From positions 19,688 to 83,687 of the forward strand of contig JAINCQ010000020.1 in assembly GCA_036574205.1 (NCBI GenBank): a DNA stretch of 64,000 nucleotides, given 5' to 3'. This DNA is from Elusimicrobiota bacterium. GTDB lineage: Bacteria > Elusimicrobiota > Elusimicrobia > Elusimicrobiales > UBA9959. Every line of letters starts with the position of its first letter. Position 1 is the first letter of the stretch. The notes below the pieces were generated by a model that ran no database searches, was not told the DNA's origin, and worked only from the letters and a program-made list of their open reading frames with translations. Shown piece by piece: positions 48,111-58,733 of the stretch. The position numbers and the translations under genes are program-made.

Positions 48111-49186
48111 TCCCTCTCATAAACTGCCATGATATCATCATCTAAAATTTTATACTTTTTTAAAACAAGTTTTAAGCCCAAATTATTATTTTTAGTTTTT
48201 AAGATAAAATTAAAACCTTCAATTCCATCTTTTCCTATCAAAAGAGGGGCAAAAAAAACAATAAGTCTATCAAATAGATTGTGCTTTATGAAACTTCCGA
48301 CGGTTTTTCCACCTCCCTCCACTAATATATGTCTAATTCCTCTGTTATATAACGTTTTTATTAATTTTTTCAAATTAAGTTCTTTTTTAAATTTCATATT
48401 TATAATTTCAACATTAAAAGGATATTTATTGGACTTTACCTCGGAAATTATATAAATCTTTCTTTCTTTAATTTTAAAAATCCTTGAATTTAATGGAGTT
48501 TTCAATTCTCTATCTATTATGCAGATATCAGGATTTTTTCTGTAATTGCAATATCTTATATTTAATAATGGATCATCTTTAATTATGGTATTAACACCCA
48601 CCAAAATACAATCAGACTCTGCTCTAAAATAATGAGAGTACTGTCTTGATTTTTCTGAGGTTATCCATTTTGCATTATAGCTTTTATTTGCTATTTTTGA
48701 GTCAATTGATGTCCCAAGTTTAAGAGTGATATAAGGAAGATTTTCTTGCATATTTTTAAAAAATGGTTTGTTTAATTCTATGGATTCTTCTTCTAAAATA
48801 CCATACTCCACTTCAATATTATTTTTTTTAAATAATTCGATAGATTTTCCAGTATTTAAAGGATTGGGATCTAAAGTTGAAAATACAACTTTTTTTATTT
48901 TTGATTTTATTATCAAATCAGTACAGGGGGGGGTTTTACCATAAGTAGAGCAAGGTTCAAGACTCACATATATTGTAGAGTTTTTTAATTGCTGGGGAGA
49001 AAGTTTTTTTATGGCGTTTACTTCAGCATGTGATTTTCCAAACTCCTTATGATATCCTTTTGATAGGATTTTGCCGTCTTTTACTATTACAGCTCCAACC
49101 TTTGGATTTGGATGAACAAAAACCCCGCCTTTTTTAGCTTCCTCAATGGAAAGTTTTATAAATTTTTCATCTTCATTTATACTCAT
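48107..49186 (-). CDS. ribD: Bifunctional diaminohydroxyphosphoribosylaminopyrimidine deaminase / 5-amino-6-(5-phosphoribosylamino)uracil reductase
   Basis: Deaminase HAEVNAI...LEPC...PPC and a C-terminal reductase domain (ILVEGGG). Confidence 0.9.
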   Translation of the reverse strand: MSINEDEKFIKLSIEEAKKGGVFVHPNPKVGAVIVKDGKILSKGYHKEFGKSHAEVNAIKKLSPQQLKNSTIYVSLEPCSTYGKTPPCTDLIIKSKIKKVVFSTLDPNPLNTGKSIELFKKNNIEVEYGILEEESIELNKPFFKNMQENLPYITLKLGTSIDSKIANKSYNAKWITSEKSRQYSHYFRAESDCILVGVNTIIKDDPLLNIRYCNYRKNPDICIIDRELKTPLNSRIFKIKERKIYIISEVKSNKYPFNVEIINMKFKKELNLKKLIKTLYNRGIRHILVEGGGKTVGSFIKHNLFDRLIVFFAPLLIGKDGIEGFNFILKTKNNNLGLKLVLKKYKILDDDIMAVYERE

Positions 49187-49208
49187 TGGAAGTTTTTATA
49201 GATTTTTG

Positions 49209-49670
49209 TTATTTTATTTGATCAAACAAGTTTGCCATCTCAAGTGCGGTCATTGCTGCATCAAAGCCCTTGTTGCCTTGCTTTGTCCCGGCTCTTTCTA
49301 TAGCCTGTTCAATATTGTCTGCAGTTATTATTCCAAAAGCAACCGGGATTTCTTTATCAACTGAAACCATCGCTATTCCTTTGGCAGTTTCAGATGCTAT
49401 ATAATCAAAATGAGGGGTATCACCTTTTATTATAGCACCGAGAGCAATTATAGCATCATAATTTTTGCTGGTTAATTTTTTTACTGTTACAGGAATTTCA
49501 AAAGCCCCGGGTACCCAGAAAATATCTACTTTATTTTCCTCAACTTCATGTCTTTTAAGGCAATCAATAGCGCCATCAAGAAGTCTATTTGAAAGCAAAC
49601 TATTGAATCTTGAAACTACTATGGCAAACCTTTTTCCGCGTCCACTAAGCTTACCTTCTATATTTTTCAT
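49209..49670 (-). CDS. ribH: 6,7-dimethyl-8-ribityllumazine synthase
   Basis: [31 protein letters not shown], 153 aa. Confidence 0.9.
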   Translation of the reverse strand: MKNIEGKLSGRGKRFAIVVSRFNSLLSNRLLDGAIDCLKRHEVEENKVDIFWVPGAFEIPVTVKKLTSKNYDAIIALGAIIKGDTPHFDYIASETAKGIAMVSVDKEIPVAFGIITADNIEQAIERAGTKQGNKGFDAAMTALEMANLFDQIK

Positions 49671-49679
49671 ATTTCCTCC

Positions 49680-50879
49680 TTATAACAAATGACCTAATTT
49701 AAATTTTTTTGTAATCAAATATTTTTTATTATATATATTAGGTTGAATCTTTATTGGCATCCTGTCAATTATTTCTATGCCGTAAGCTTTAAGTCCTATT
49801 ATCTTCTTAGGGTTGTTAGTCATTATAATCATTTTCTTTATGCCAATATCCGAAAGTATTTGAGCTCCGATTCCATAATCTCTAAGGTCTGGCTTAAATC
49901 CTAATTTTTTATTAGCCTCAACTGTATCATATCCTTTTTCCTGAAGATGATATGCTCTAATTTTGTTTCCAAGCCCTATACCTCGCCCTTCCTGCCTCAT
50001 ATAAAGTAAAACCCCAGCATTTGCTTTGCTTATAATCTTAAGCGCTTTTTCAAGCTGATAACCACAATCACATTTAAGCGAGCCAAAAACATCTCCGGTT
50101 AAACACTCTGAATGAACCCTAACAAGGACCCTGTCATCTTTCCTTATCTTACCCTTTATTAAAGCTGTATGTTCCACACCTGTAAGTTTTTCTCTATAAA
50201 CCCTGATTTCAAACTCTCCGTATTTTGTAGGAAGATTTGCTTTTGAAACAAATTCTATAAGAGTTTCTTTTTTTCTTCTATACTCTATTATTTTTTCTAT
50301 GGATGTTATCTTTAAATTATGTTTTTTTGCAAAATCAATCAAATCATTAAGCCTTGCCATCCTACCATCATCCTTCATTATCTCACAAATAACAGCAACA
50401 GGAGGTAAGGATGCCAGTTTCATCAAATCAATAGCAGCCTCGGTATGTCCAGCTCTGACAAGAACACCACCTTCTCTGGCAAGAAGGGGAAATATGTGCC
50501 CTGGCTTTGTAAAATCTCGAGCTTTTGATTTGGGATTCGAAATAGCTTTTATTGTCTTGGCTCTGTCAGCTGCAGATATTCCAGTTGTAACACCTTTTCT
50601 GGCATCAACGCTTATAAGCCAGTTCGTTTTATATGGATCAGAATTTACTTTATCCATTGGATAAAGATCCAGCCTTTTGGCTATATTTTTATCAATTGGT
50701 ACACAGATAAGTCCTCTTGCATATTTAAGTATGAAGTTTACGTTTTCAGGATTTGCAAATTTAGCTGATAATATTACATCACCCTCATTTTCCCTTGACT
50801 CATCATCAACAACTATAACCATCCTACCTTTTTTAATATCTTCTACTGTTTCAATAACACTGTTAAGAGTTTTCTCCAT
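49680..50879 (-). CDS. ribBA: Bifunctional 3,4-dihydroxy-2-butanone-4-phosphate synthase / GTP cyclohydrolase II
   Basis: VDDESRENEGD, RAGHTEA, then the GCHII Zn site HSECLTGDVFGSLKCDCG. Confidence 0.9.
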   Translation of the reverse strand: MEKTLNSVIETVEDIKKGRMVIVVDDESRENEGDVILSAKFANPENVNFILKYARGLICVPIDKNIAKRLDLYPMDKVNSDPYKTNWLISVDARKGVTTGISAADRAKTIKAISNPKSKARDFTKPGHIFPLLAREGGVLVRAGHTEAAIDLMKLASLPPVAVICEIMKDDGRMARLNDLIDFAKKHNLKITSIEKIIEYRRKKETLIEFVSKANLPTKYGEFEIRVYREKLTGVEHTALIKGKIRKDDRVLVRVHSECLTGDVFGSLKCDCGYQLEKALKIISKANAGVLLYMRQEGRGIGLGNKIRAYHLQEKGYDTVEANKKLGFKPDLRDYGIGAQILSDIGIKKMIIMTNNPKKIIGLKAYGIEIIDRMPIKIQPNIYNKKYLITKKFKLGHLL

Positions 50880-50914
50880 AGATATATTATATTAAAAGAA
50901 AAAGATATGTTAAA

Positions 50915-53080
50915 ATGATTTTTATGACAAAAAGAAAAAGGCAAAACGAATCTATTCAAATCAAATCAAATGAAGATTTATTTAAAAAGAAAAACATTAT
51001 AGCTTTTTTCTTCCTTATTATCATCTCATATTTTACACTCAAAACATATTTTTTGAGATTTCCCATTAATATAGAAGCTTTTATTTCTTCATTAAACCCG
51101 TTTGAATACCTAACATTAAATATTTATAAAACTGCCTATTATAATCTAAAAGAAATTTCTAAAATGATCCTTTTACTATTATCTATTTTAGGATGGGGAA
51201 ATATTGCGATAAAAATATCAAAAATAAATGAAGATACAAAAGAAAACCTTATCCTTAAATATGCTCTGGGACTATGCATCATATCAGCATTTTCTATGTT
51301 AACAGGTTTTTTAGGATTAATAAAGACTACTCTATATATAGGCTTTCTTACAACAGGCATTTTTATCTGGTTTTATTATTTCATCAAATCAGGGTATAAA
51401 ATTAAAACATCATTCAAAACAGATATAATTTCTAATAAGATATTCTTCATTATTTTTTTGATTATTGTCGTTATAAATTTAGTTCAATCCCTTGCTCCGG
51501 AAATATTCTATGATACTCTCGTATATCACCTTGGAGTGCCAAAATGGTGGTTCCTCGAAGGGAAGATAAAGGATATGCAATACAATATCTACAGTAAACT
51601 GACCTTAAATCATTCGGTTATATATCTTTTTTCTCTTGTAAATTTTGGAGAACAGACTCCGCTTCTGGCAAATTTTCTCACTTCAATATTTTGTTTTATA
51701 GCAATAGGATGGGGATTTAGAAAATATATCACGGAAAAAACCTCGCTTACTGCAGCAATTATTTTTTATTCAATATTTCATGTCTCTCAATCATCTCAAT
51801 CTGCTACAAGCGATATTATAGCAGCTTTTTTTATCATTATCTCTTTTTATTCCATGATAAAATACACTGAAACAGGCAGGAAAATATGGCTTATCTATAC
51901 AGGACTTTTTTGTGGATTGGCTTTTGGAACTAAATATAACACCGCATTTATAATAATAGCCATATTTTTAATCAATATTTATAAACAAATAAAAGAAAAA
52001 AGACTTTCTTTTAAACAAACACTAATTGAAACCCTTCTGTTCTCAGCATTTTTCTCTGTTTTTACATTTCCATGGTTAGTTAAAAATTTTTTAAACTATT
52101 CAAATCCCTTATTTCCTTTTGCGTATTCAATCTTTAACAAAAATCTCTCTTCTATAGACACAGATAAAATAAATGGACTTATGCTTGAAATAAAACAGTT
52201 TCAAAAGTTTGATTTTATATCATGGATTAAGCATCCTTTTCTTATTTCAACAGGACAGATTCCAAACTCCGAATTTTTTACTCCATTATTTATGCTTGTT
52301 CTTCCTCTTGGATTATTCAACAAAAAAAGAAAAGAGTTTTTAGCTTATCTCTGGCTTACCTTTGGCTTTTCCTGGTTTATGTGGTCTTTTAGTTCTACAA
52401 CAATAAGACACCTTTTTTCTTCATATTTTGCTGCTTCTATTATAGCCGCATATTACATAAATGAAGCTTTTTATGGGATTACTCAAAAAATGCTTAAATT
52501 TCTTTTTTACCTTATACTGATATCAACTATATACTGGCTGATATTATCTATGAAAAACGAAGGCAGATATCTTGTGGTCACAGGAGTTATATCAAAGGAT
52601 GAATATCTTTCCGTTTCTCATCCAAGATATCCAAATCCATCTTATGCGGTTTATAAATATATAAACGAAAATCTTAAAACTTCCGATAGAATTTTAATAA
52701 TAGGTGATTCAAAAACATTCTATCTTGATAGACGTTTTGAAGCAAGCTCAGTCTTTGACCGAAATCTTTTAATAGATACTGTTATAACCTCGAAAAAACC
52801 GCAGGATATATATTTAAAATTAAAAGAAAAAGGGATAACACATATTCTTCTAAATGTAAATGAGGCTTTCAGGACAAATAAGGGTTATAACATCTTCTAC
52901 TGGGAACCTGGCGAAATATCAAAGTTTCACGATTTTTTCAATAAACATCTTTCTATAGAAAAAGACTATGAAAAAATAGCTGATGGAAGATATCTGGAAA
53001 AAGTTATTCTTTATAGGCTTGTAGAGAATAATCAAAATCCATCCGTAGATTATATATCACAAATATCAAACTTGAAATAG
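50915..53080 (+). CDS. Large polytopic membrane protein, GT-C-fold (ArnT/PMT-like) glycosyltransferase candidate with a C-terminal soluble domain
   Basis: 721 aa with at least 10 hydrophobic helices over the first roughly 520 aa, then a soluble tail. Its general architecture resembles GT39/GT83 enzymes. The start is uncertain, as it lies only 35 nt from the divergent ribBA start. Confidence 0.4.
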   Translation: MIFMTKRKRQNESIQIKSNEDLFKKKNIIAFFFLIIISYFTLKTYFLRFPINIEAFISSLNPFEYLTLNIYKTAYYNLKEISKMILLLLSILGWGNIAIKISKINEDTKENLILKYALGLCIISAFSMLTGFLGLIKTTLYIGFLTTGIFIWFYYFIKSGYKIKTSFKTDIISNKIFFIIFLIIVVINLVQSLAPEIFYDTLVYHLGVPKWWFLEGKIKDMQYNIYSKLTLNHSVIYLFSLVNFGEQTPLLANFLTSIFCFIAIGWGFRKYITEKTSLTAAIIFYSIFHVSQSSQSATSDIIAAFFIIISFYSMIKYTETGRKIWLIYTGLFCGLAFGTKYNTAFIIIAIFLINIYKQIKEKRLSFKQTLIETLLFSAFFSVFTFPWLVKNFLNYSNPLFPFAYSIFNKNLSSIDTDKINGLMLEIKQFQKFDFISWIKHPFLISTGQIPNSEFFTPLFMLVLPLGLFNKKRKEFLAYLWLTFGFSWFMWSFSSTTIRHLFSSYFAASIIAAYYINEAFYGITQKMLKFLFYLILISTIYWLILSMKNEGRYLVVTGVISKDEYLSVSHPRYPNPSYAVYKYINENLKTSDRILIIGDSKTFYLDRRFEASSVFDRNLLIDTVITSKKPQDIYLKLKEKGITHILLNVNEAFRTNKGYNIFYWEPGEISKFHDFFNKHLSIEKDYEKIADGRYLEKVILYRLVENNQNPSVDYISQISNLK

Positions 53081-53111
53081 TTTGCTTAAAAATTTGATAT
53101 CATATAAAAGT

Positions 53112-54518
53112 ATGGAAAAATTATATTCTTTATCCCCAATAGATGGAAGATATCATTTAAAGGTTGATGAGTTAAGAGATTATTTCTCTGAACTTTCTTT
53201 AATAAATCACAGAATATACGTTGAATGTGAATATTTTATATTTCTAATTCATTATCTTCATTCAAAAAAGAAATTAGATAAAAACCTTTCTAAGAAAGAA
53301 ATAGATGAGATAAGAGAAATTTATAAATATAAAGACAAAAATGCTTTTGAGGTAAAAAAAATAGAATTTTTAGGTGATAAGAATATAAAACCAACGAATC
53401 ATGATGTTAAAGCAGTTGAATATTATTTGAAAAAAAATTTTTCAAAAAAGATAAAAAACAATATAGAGTTTGTACATTTTGGCCTGACATCTGAAGATGT
53501 AAACAATATATCTTACTCAATAATGATATCCAGATTTATAAAAGAAATATACCTTCCACAAATAGGATTGTTACTTAATTCATTAAGCAAATTTATAAAT
53601 AAATATTATGCAGCTCCCTTTCCGGCAAGAACTCATGGGCAGATCGCATCTTCTACAACCTTTGGCAAGGAAATAAAAGTCTTCTACGAAAGAATAAGAA
53701 GGAAAAGAAACCTTATTAAAAATGATGTGTTAAGTGTCAAATTAAATGGCGCGGTAGGGAATTACAATTCTTTTTTTGCAGCATATCCAGAGATAAACTG
53801 GATAGACTTTACAAAAAAATTTATCAGATACCTAAGTCATAACCTTAAAATTGAATTAAAAACCAATTTATTTACAACCCAGATTGAAAATCATGATTCA
53901 TGGGTTGAGTTATTTGACGATATAAAACACATGAATAGTATCTTGATTGGTTTTTCACAGGATATATGGAGATACATAAGTGACGAGTTTCTGTGTTTAA
54001 AGCCAGTTGATGGAGAAGTTGGCTCATCAACAATGCCCCACAAGATAAATCCAATTAACTTTGAAAACGCCGAGGGAAATTTTCAAATTGCAAATTCTTT
54101 ATTTGAACTTTTTTCAGCCAAGCTCCCGATATCAAGGCTTCAAAGAGATCTTACAGATTCAACTGTTGAAAGAAATATAGGAGTCGCTTTTGCTCATACT
54201 ATAATAGCAGTTAAGTCTTTAATTGAAGGGTTATCAAAGATAGATTTAGATGAGGCAAAAGCATTAAAGATTATTAAATCTCATCCAGAAGTATATTCAG
54301 AAGCAATTCAAACTATATTAAGAAAATACGGTTTTAAAGAAGCCTATGAAGAATTAAAAAAATTGACAAGAGGCAATAAGGTTACTGAAAAAGAACTGGA
54401 AAACTTTGTTGAAAAATTGAATATCACAGAAAAAGCAAAAAAAGAGATAAAATATGTTCTATTAAAGCCTTACACTGGAATAGCGGATAAATTAGCTATC
54501 TACAAGACGGAGGAATAA
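53112..54518 (+). CDS. purB: Adenylosuccinate lyase
   Basis: SPIDGRY N-terminus and the fumarate-lyase signature GSSTMPHKINP. I prefer ATG 53112 over the TTG at 53082. Confidence 0.9.
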   Translation: MEKLYSLSPIDGRYHLKVDELRDYFSELSLINHRIYVECEYFIFLIHYLHSKKKLDKNLSKKEIDEIREIYKYKDKNAFEVKKIEFLGDKNIKPTNHDVKAVEYYLKKNFSKKIKNNIEFVHFGLTSEDVNNISYSIMISRFIKEIYLPQIGLLLNSLSKFINKYYAAPFPARTHGQIASSTTFGKEIKVFYERIRRKRNLIKNDVLSVKLNGAVGNYNSFFAAYPEINWIDFTKKFIRYLSHNLKIELKTNLFTTQIENHDSWVELFDDIKHMNSILIGFSQDIWRYISDEFLCLKPVDGEVGSSTMPHKINPINFENAEGNFQIANSLFELFSAKLPISRLQRDLTDSTVERNIGVAFAHTIIAVKSLIEGLSKIDLDEAKALKIIKSHPEVYSEAIQTILRKYGFKEAYEELKKLTRGNKVTEKELENFVEKLNITEKAKKEIKYVLLKPYTGIADKLAIYKTEE

Positions 54519-55531
54519 TGGTGGATGTTATAGTTGGTTTACAGGGTGGAGATGAAGGAAAAGGCAAAATAGCGGCATATCTTGCTATCAAAGATAAATA
54601 TGATTATTGTGTAAAAGTTGGCGGTCCAAATGCTGGACATACGGTTTTTTATAAAGGAAAAATATTTCCTCTTAAATCAATTCCTGCGGGGTTTGTAAAC
54701 CAAAAAACAAAACTTGTTTTATCATCTGGAACTTATATACTGATGGAATGGCTGTTAAGAGAGATAAAGGAAACTGAAACCGAAGAAAGAATAATCATAG
54801 ATCCAAATTGCGTTGTAATAACAGAAGAGCAAAGAAATATTGAAAGGAATAATTCGCATTTAATGAATTCCATAGGAAGTGTTGGAACCGGTCTTGGGAT
54901 AGCGATAAAAGACAGAATAGAAAGGAAAAAGATAAAATTTGCCAAAGATTTCAAAGAATTAAAAAAGTATATAAAAGATATTCCTCATTTATTAAACACT
55001 GAATTATCAAAGGGGAAAAAGATTCTTATAGAAGGGACTCAAGGATTTAAGCTTTCCCTTCTACACGGAGAATATCCATTTACTACATCAAGAGATACAA
55101 CTGCTTCCACATTCTTGGGAGAAGTTGGTCTGGGGCCCAAATATGTAAAGGACGTATATGGAGTCATTAAACCATATGTTTCAAGGGTTGGTCCGGGCCC
55201 GCTTGAGAAAGAAATAAAAGACCCGGTAAAACTTGAAAAATATCACAATCAAGGAAGAGAGATAGGGAGTGTAAGTAAAAGACTGAGAAGAATTGGTGAG
55301 TTTGAATTTGAGAATACAAAAAAAGCAATAATGATAAATTCAGCTACTAAACTAGCAGTTACACATTTTGATCTTTTAACCGGTCCTATTAAGAAATTAT
55401 CTGAGATAAAAGCAAAAGAAGCTAAAAAATTTTTAAAAGTTATTGAAAAATTATCTGAAACATATCCATATCCCCAGCTTACTATCATATCTGTTGGACC
55501 AAATACTGAGGATGTCATAGATTTAAGATGA
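54518..55531 (+). CDS. purA: Adenylosuccinate synthetase, short (archaeal-type) form
   Basis: GLQGGDEGKGKI P-loop, GGPNAGHTV and GTQGF. At 337 aa it is well below the roughly 430 aa of typical bacterial PurA. Confidence 0.85.
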   Translation: MVDVIVGLQGGDEGKGKIAAYLAIKDKYDYCVKVGGPNAGHTVFYKGKIFPLKSIPAGFVNQKTKLVLSSGTYILMEWLLREIKETETEERIIIDPNCVVITEEQRNIERNNSHLMNSIGSVGTGLGIAIKDRIERKKIKFAKDFKELKKYIKDIPHLLNTELSKGKKILIEGTQGFKLSLLHGEYPFTTSRDTTASTFLGEVGLGPKYVKDVYGVIKPYVSRVGPGPLEKEIKDPVKLEKYHNQGREIGSVSKRLRRIGEFEFENTKKAIMINSATKLAVTHFDLLTGPIKKLSEIKAKEAKKFLKVIEKLSETYPYPQLTIISVGPNTEDVIDLR

Positions 55532-56316
55532 TAATAATAGTTTGCGTCAAAGGCATACCAGAAGAAGAAAATATAAAATTTGATGAGAGGGGTAATCTCA
55601 TAAGAAAAAAGGAAAGTTTTATTATAAATCCCCCAGATAATTATGCTCTTGAGCATGCTCTTATGTTAAAAGATCTGCATAATTTCAATGTAATAACACT
55701 TACAATGGGACCGCTTGATTTAGGGGAAGATTTGATTAGATATACAATAGCGAAAGGATCTGATGATGGATATATATTGTCAAGCCAGTCGCTTAAAGGA
55801 GCGGATGCCTACATAACTTCTTTGATGCTTTCTAAAGCTATCAAAAAAATAGTCGCTGACAATTCTTTCATGGTCTTTTGCGGTGTTAAATCAAATGATG
55901 GGGAAACAGGAATTGTTCCTGCTCAAATAGCAGAACGGCTTTCTATCCCTGTCATAATAGGAGCAAAAAAAGCAAGATATGAAAATGGTAAAATCCTCGC
56001 TTCAATTTCATCAGGCAATACTATAACTGAATATCAAGCTTCTCCAAATTGCCTTATTTCTTTTGAAATATCTATTGAAACTAAAATAAGAGTCATCTCT
56101 TTAAAAAACAAAATAAAGTCTCGTTCTTTTATACCTAAAAAGTTAAGTTTAGAGAATATCGGGGTGCTGGATTTGAATTTTGACGCTATGTCAGAAAGTC
56201 CAACTGAGGTAATAAAAATAGATAAAAATCAGAAAACAACCTCAAGGAGCACAAAAGAAATAAATATTGAGGATGCAAATGAAATAAAAGAAATAAAAAA
56301 GATTATATATGAATAA
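55528..56316 (+). CDS. etfB: Electron transfer flavoprotein beta subunit
   Basis: IIVCVKGIPE...INPPDNYALEHAL N-terminus typical of EtfB. It overlaps the purA stop and the etfA start. Confidence 0.8.
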   Translation: MIIIVCVKGIPEEENIKFDERGNLIRKKESFIINPPDNYALEHALMLKDLHNFNVITLTMGPLDLGEDLIRYTIAKGSDDGYILSSQSLKGADAYITSLMLSKAIKKIVADNSFMVFCGVKSNDGETGIVPAQIAERLSIPVIIGAKKARYENGKILASISSGNTITEYQASPNCLISFEISIETKIRVISLKNKIKSRSFIPKKLSLENIGVLDLNFDAMSESPTEVIKIDKNQKTTSRSTKEINIEDANEIKEIKKIIYE

Positions 56317-57202
56317 AACTCTAATAATAACATCAAAGGAAAATTTTAATGAAATTTCATTTTTTGTACACCAAAAAGGAGCAAAACCAATAATTGCAGT
56401 AATATTTTCATCAAATAACATAGATATTGAAAAAACTTTTGTTGATAAAGCTTATCTGCTTATATCAGATAATATTCTGGATCTGGACGTTAACTCTATT
56501 AAAAAAATAATAGATTTTGAAAAACCGTCTTTGATTATATCAGATTCAACTCTTTTGACAAAGTTTGTTATCGCAAAACTTTCAATAAAATTAGGGTGCG
56601 GTGTGCTTACGGATTGTTTTGACTATAAACAGGAAGATAAAGATATAATAGCCCTTAAATATGCTTATGGATCAGAGGCTGTGGCTAAACTTCGCCTAAG
56701 ATCTAAAATCAAGATAATAACTCTTTCTAAAAACAAGCTGGATAATCGTATTTCTGGAGAAAAAAACACAGAGTATCAATATATAACACCTGAATATATG
56801 AATCTAATTAAAAAAACTTATCAAGAGCTAAAACAATCAAAATTACCAATAGATAAAGCAAATAAGGTTATAGGAATAGGTAGAGGAGTAGATCCACAAG
56901 ATTTTGAAATCATAAAAGAATTTGCACATAAAATAAATGCCACAATAGGATACACCCGCCCTGTTGTTTGCGATGGATTAGGTGATTGTGATTTTCAAAT
57001 TGGAATAACAGGAAAAATTATTTCACCAAAACTGTATATAGCAATAGGGATATCTGGAAAGGAACATCATATAAAGGGGGTGGAAAACGCAAAAACAATA
57101 ATATCAATAAACAAAGACCCCAACGCCCCTATAAAAGAATATTCCGATTATTTTATATGCGCTGATTACAAAAAAGTCATTGAGATTTTAAAAGATAATT
57201 AG
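56309..57202 (+). CDS. etfA: Electron transfer flavoprotein alpha subunit
   Basis: C-terminal FAD site YIAIGISGKEHHIKGVENAKTIISINKDPNAPI, 297 aa. Confidence 0.8.
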   Translation: MNKTLIITSKENFNEISFFVHQKGAKPIIAVIFSSNNIDIEKTFVDKAYLLISDNILDLDVNSIKKIIDFEKPSLIISDSTLLTKFVIAKLSIKLGCGVLTDCFDYKQEDKDIIALKYAYGSEAVAKLRLRSKIKIITLSKNKLDNRISGEKNTEYQYITPEYMNLIKKTYQELKQSKLPIDKANKVIGIGRGVDPQDFEIIKEFAHKINATIGYTRPVVCDGLGDCDFQIGITGKIISPKLYIAIGISGKEHHIKGVENAKTIISINKDPNAPIKEYSDYFICADYKKVIEILKDN

Positions 57203-57313
57203 TTTGACTTATAAATCCATAAAATAAATTTATCTAAAAAATCATTGTAAAAACAAACATAATTTAATAAAATCAAATTAGGGAAATATAGTTTATTCTT
57301 AAAGGAGAGTTTT

Positions 57314-58669
57314 ATGAAAACAAAAAAACAGGCAATTAAAAAAATATCTAAGGAAGAACTCATAAAAAAAGCTAATAAACCAGCTGAAGACGCAATGAAG
57401 ATGCATCCATTTTATAAAGGGAAAATAGAAATAACCCCAAAAGCTTGTATAAGAGATTATGACGATTTTGCGATATGGTATACACCCGGGGTTGCTGCTG
57501 TATGTAAGGATATCCATAAAAATCCTGAAAAAGTATTTGAGCATACAAATAAAGCCAATACTGTGGCTGTTGTAACAGATGGGACAAGAATTTTGGGTCT
57601 TGGTGATATTGGTCCTGAAGCTGGAATGCCAGTTATGGAGGGAAAATCGATGCTTTTTAAATATCTTGGGGGGGTGGATGCTGTTCCAATATGTCTTAAA
57701 ACAAAAGATCCAGATGAGATAATTAAAACCGTAATTAATCTAGAGCCATCATTTGGTGGAATAAATCTTGAGGACATAGAACAGCCAAAATGTTTTTATA
57801 TATTGGATGAGTTAAGAAAAAGAATGAATATTCCGGTATGGCATGATGACCAGCAGGGGACAGCAACCGTTTCTCTTGCAGGACTTATAAACGCTTTAAA
57901 AATAGTAAATAAAAAAATATCCGATGTAAAAATAGTTCTTTTAGGTGCTGGAGCAGCAAATATAAGGATAGGTAGTTTATATATGAAGTATGGTGCTAAA
58001 CCGGGAAATATAATATATGTTGATTCAAAAGGAACACTTCATAAAGGAAGAACCGATCTTCAAAAAAACCGGGAAAAATGGCATATGTGTCAAATAACCA
58101 ATGAAAACCAGATTGTTGGAACTCTTGAGGATGCGCTTAAAGGAGCGGATGTGTTAAGCGCCGCTTCCACACCGGGACCTGATGTTATAAGAAAAGAATG
58201 GATTGCTAAGATGAATAAAGATGCTATAGTTTTTGCCACAGCAAATCCAATACCAGAAATCTGGCCATGGGATGCAAAAGAGGCTGGAGCAAAAGTTGTA
58301 GCAACAGGAAGGAGCGATTTTCCAAATCAGGTTAATAACTCTCTTGGATTTCCAGGAATATTTAGAGGAACTTTAGATGTATACGCAAAGACAATAACCG
58401 ATGAAATGTGTATTGCCGCTGCCGAAGCTCTTGCAAAATATGCTGAGAAAAAGGGACTAAACGAAAATTATATAATTCCCACAATGGATGAACCCCAGGT
58501 ATACATAGAAGAAGCAATAGCTGTAGGGCTTAAAGCAATAGAGCAGCAAATTGCAAGAATAAAACTCAGTGAAAAAGAGCTTAGAAAATCCGCAGAAGAA
58601 AAAATAGAAAGAGCAATAAAAGACACAAAAATAAGGACAGAAAAAGGAATAATTAAAAATTATAAATAA
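57314..58669 (+). CDS. NAD(P)-dependent malic enzyme (malate dehydrogenase, oxaloacetate-decarboxylating)
   Basis: YTPGVA, TDGTRILGLGDIG, FGGINLEDI, HDDQQGTA and the Rossmann motif LLGAGAA. AGGAG lies upstream. Confidence 0.85.
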   Translation: MKTKKQAIKKISKEELIKKANKPAEDAMKMHPFYKGKIEITPKACIRDYDDFAIWYTPGVAAVCKDIHKNPEKVFEHTNKANTVAVVTDGTRILGLGDIGPEAGMPVMEGKSMLFKYLGGVDAVPICLKTKDPDEIIKTVINLEPSFGGINLEDIEQPKCFYILDELRKRMNIPVWHDDQQGTATVSLAGLINALKIVNKKISDVKIVLLGAGAANIRIGSLYMKYGAKPGNIIYVDSKGTLHKGRTDLQKNREKWHMCQITNENQIVGTLEDALKGADVLSAASTPGPDVIRKEWIAKMNKDAIVFATANPIPEIWPWDAKEAGAKVVATGRSDFPNQVNNSLGFPGIFRGTLDVYAKTITDEMCIAAAEALAKYAEKKGLNENYIIPTMDEPQVYIEEAIAVGLKAIEQQIARIKLSEKELRKSAEEKIERAIKDTKIRTEKGIIKNYK

Positions 58670-58716
58670 AACGAACAACTTATTTGCTTTTAACAAAAAT
58701 ATTCATATCATTTTTG

Positions 58717-58722
58717 TATAAT
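58717..58722 (+). promoter_or_regulatory. Possible -10 box (TATAAT) for tRNA-Met
   Basis: Perfect TATAAT 11 nt upstream of the tRNA 5' end, preceded by TG. There is no convincing -35. Confidence 0.3.
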
Positions 58723-58733
58723 ATATATTATAA

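Noticed and set aside
48926-48933. A G8 homopolymer (C8 on the coding strand) in ribD as a phase-variation tract.
   Set aside because: It encodes the conserved Pro-Pro of the deaminase zinc-site motif (KTPPCTD) in an essential biosynthetic gene. Nothing suggests regulated slippage.
57245-57273. TTGTAA-17 nt-TAAAAT upstream of the malic enzyme gene as a promoter, along with similar matches elsewhere.
   Set aside because: In sequence that is about 70% A+T, such hexamer pairs occur by chance at high frequency. I did not list them as features without TSS data.
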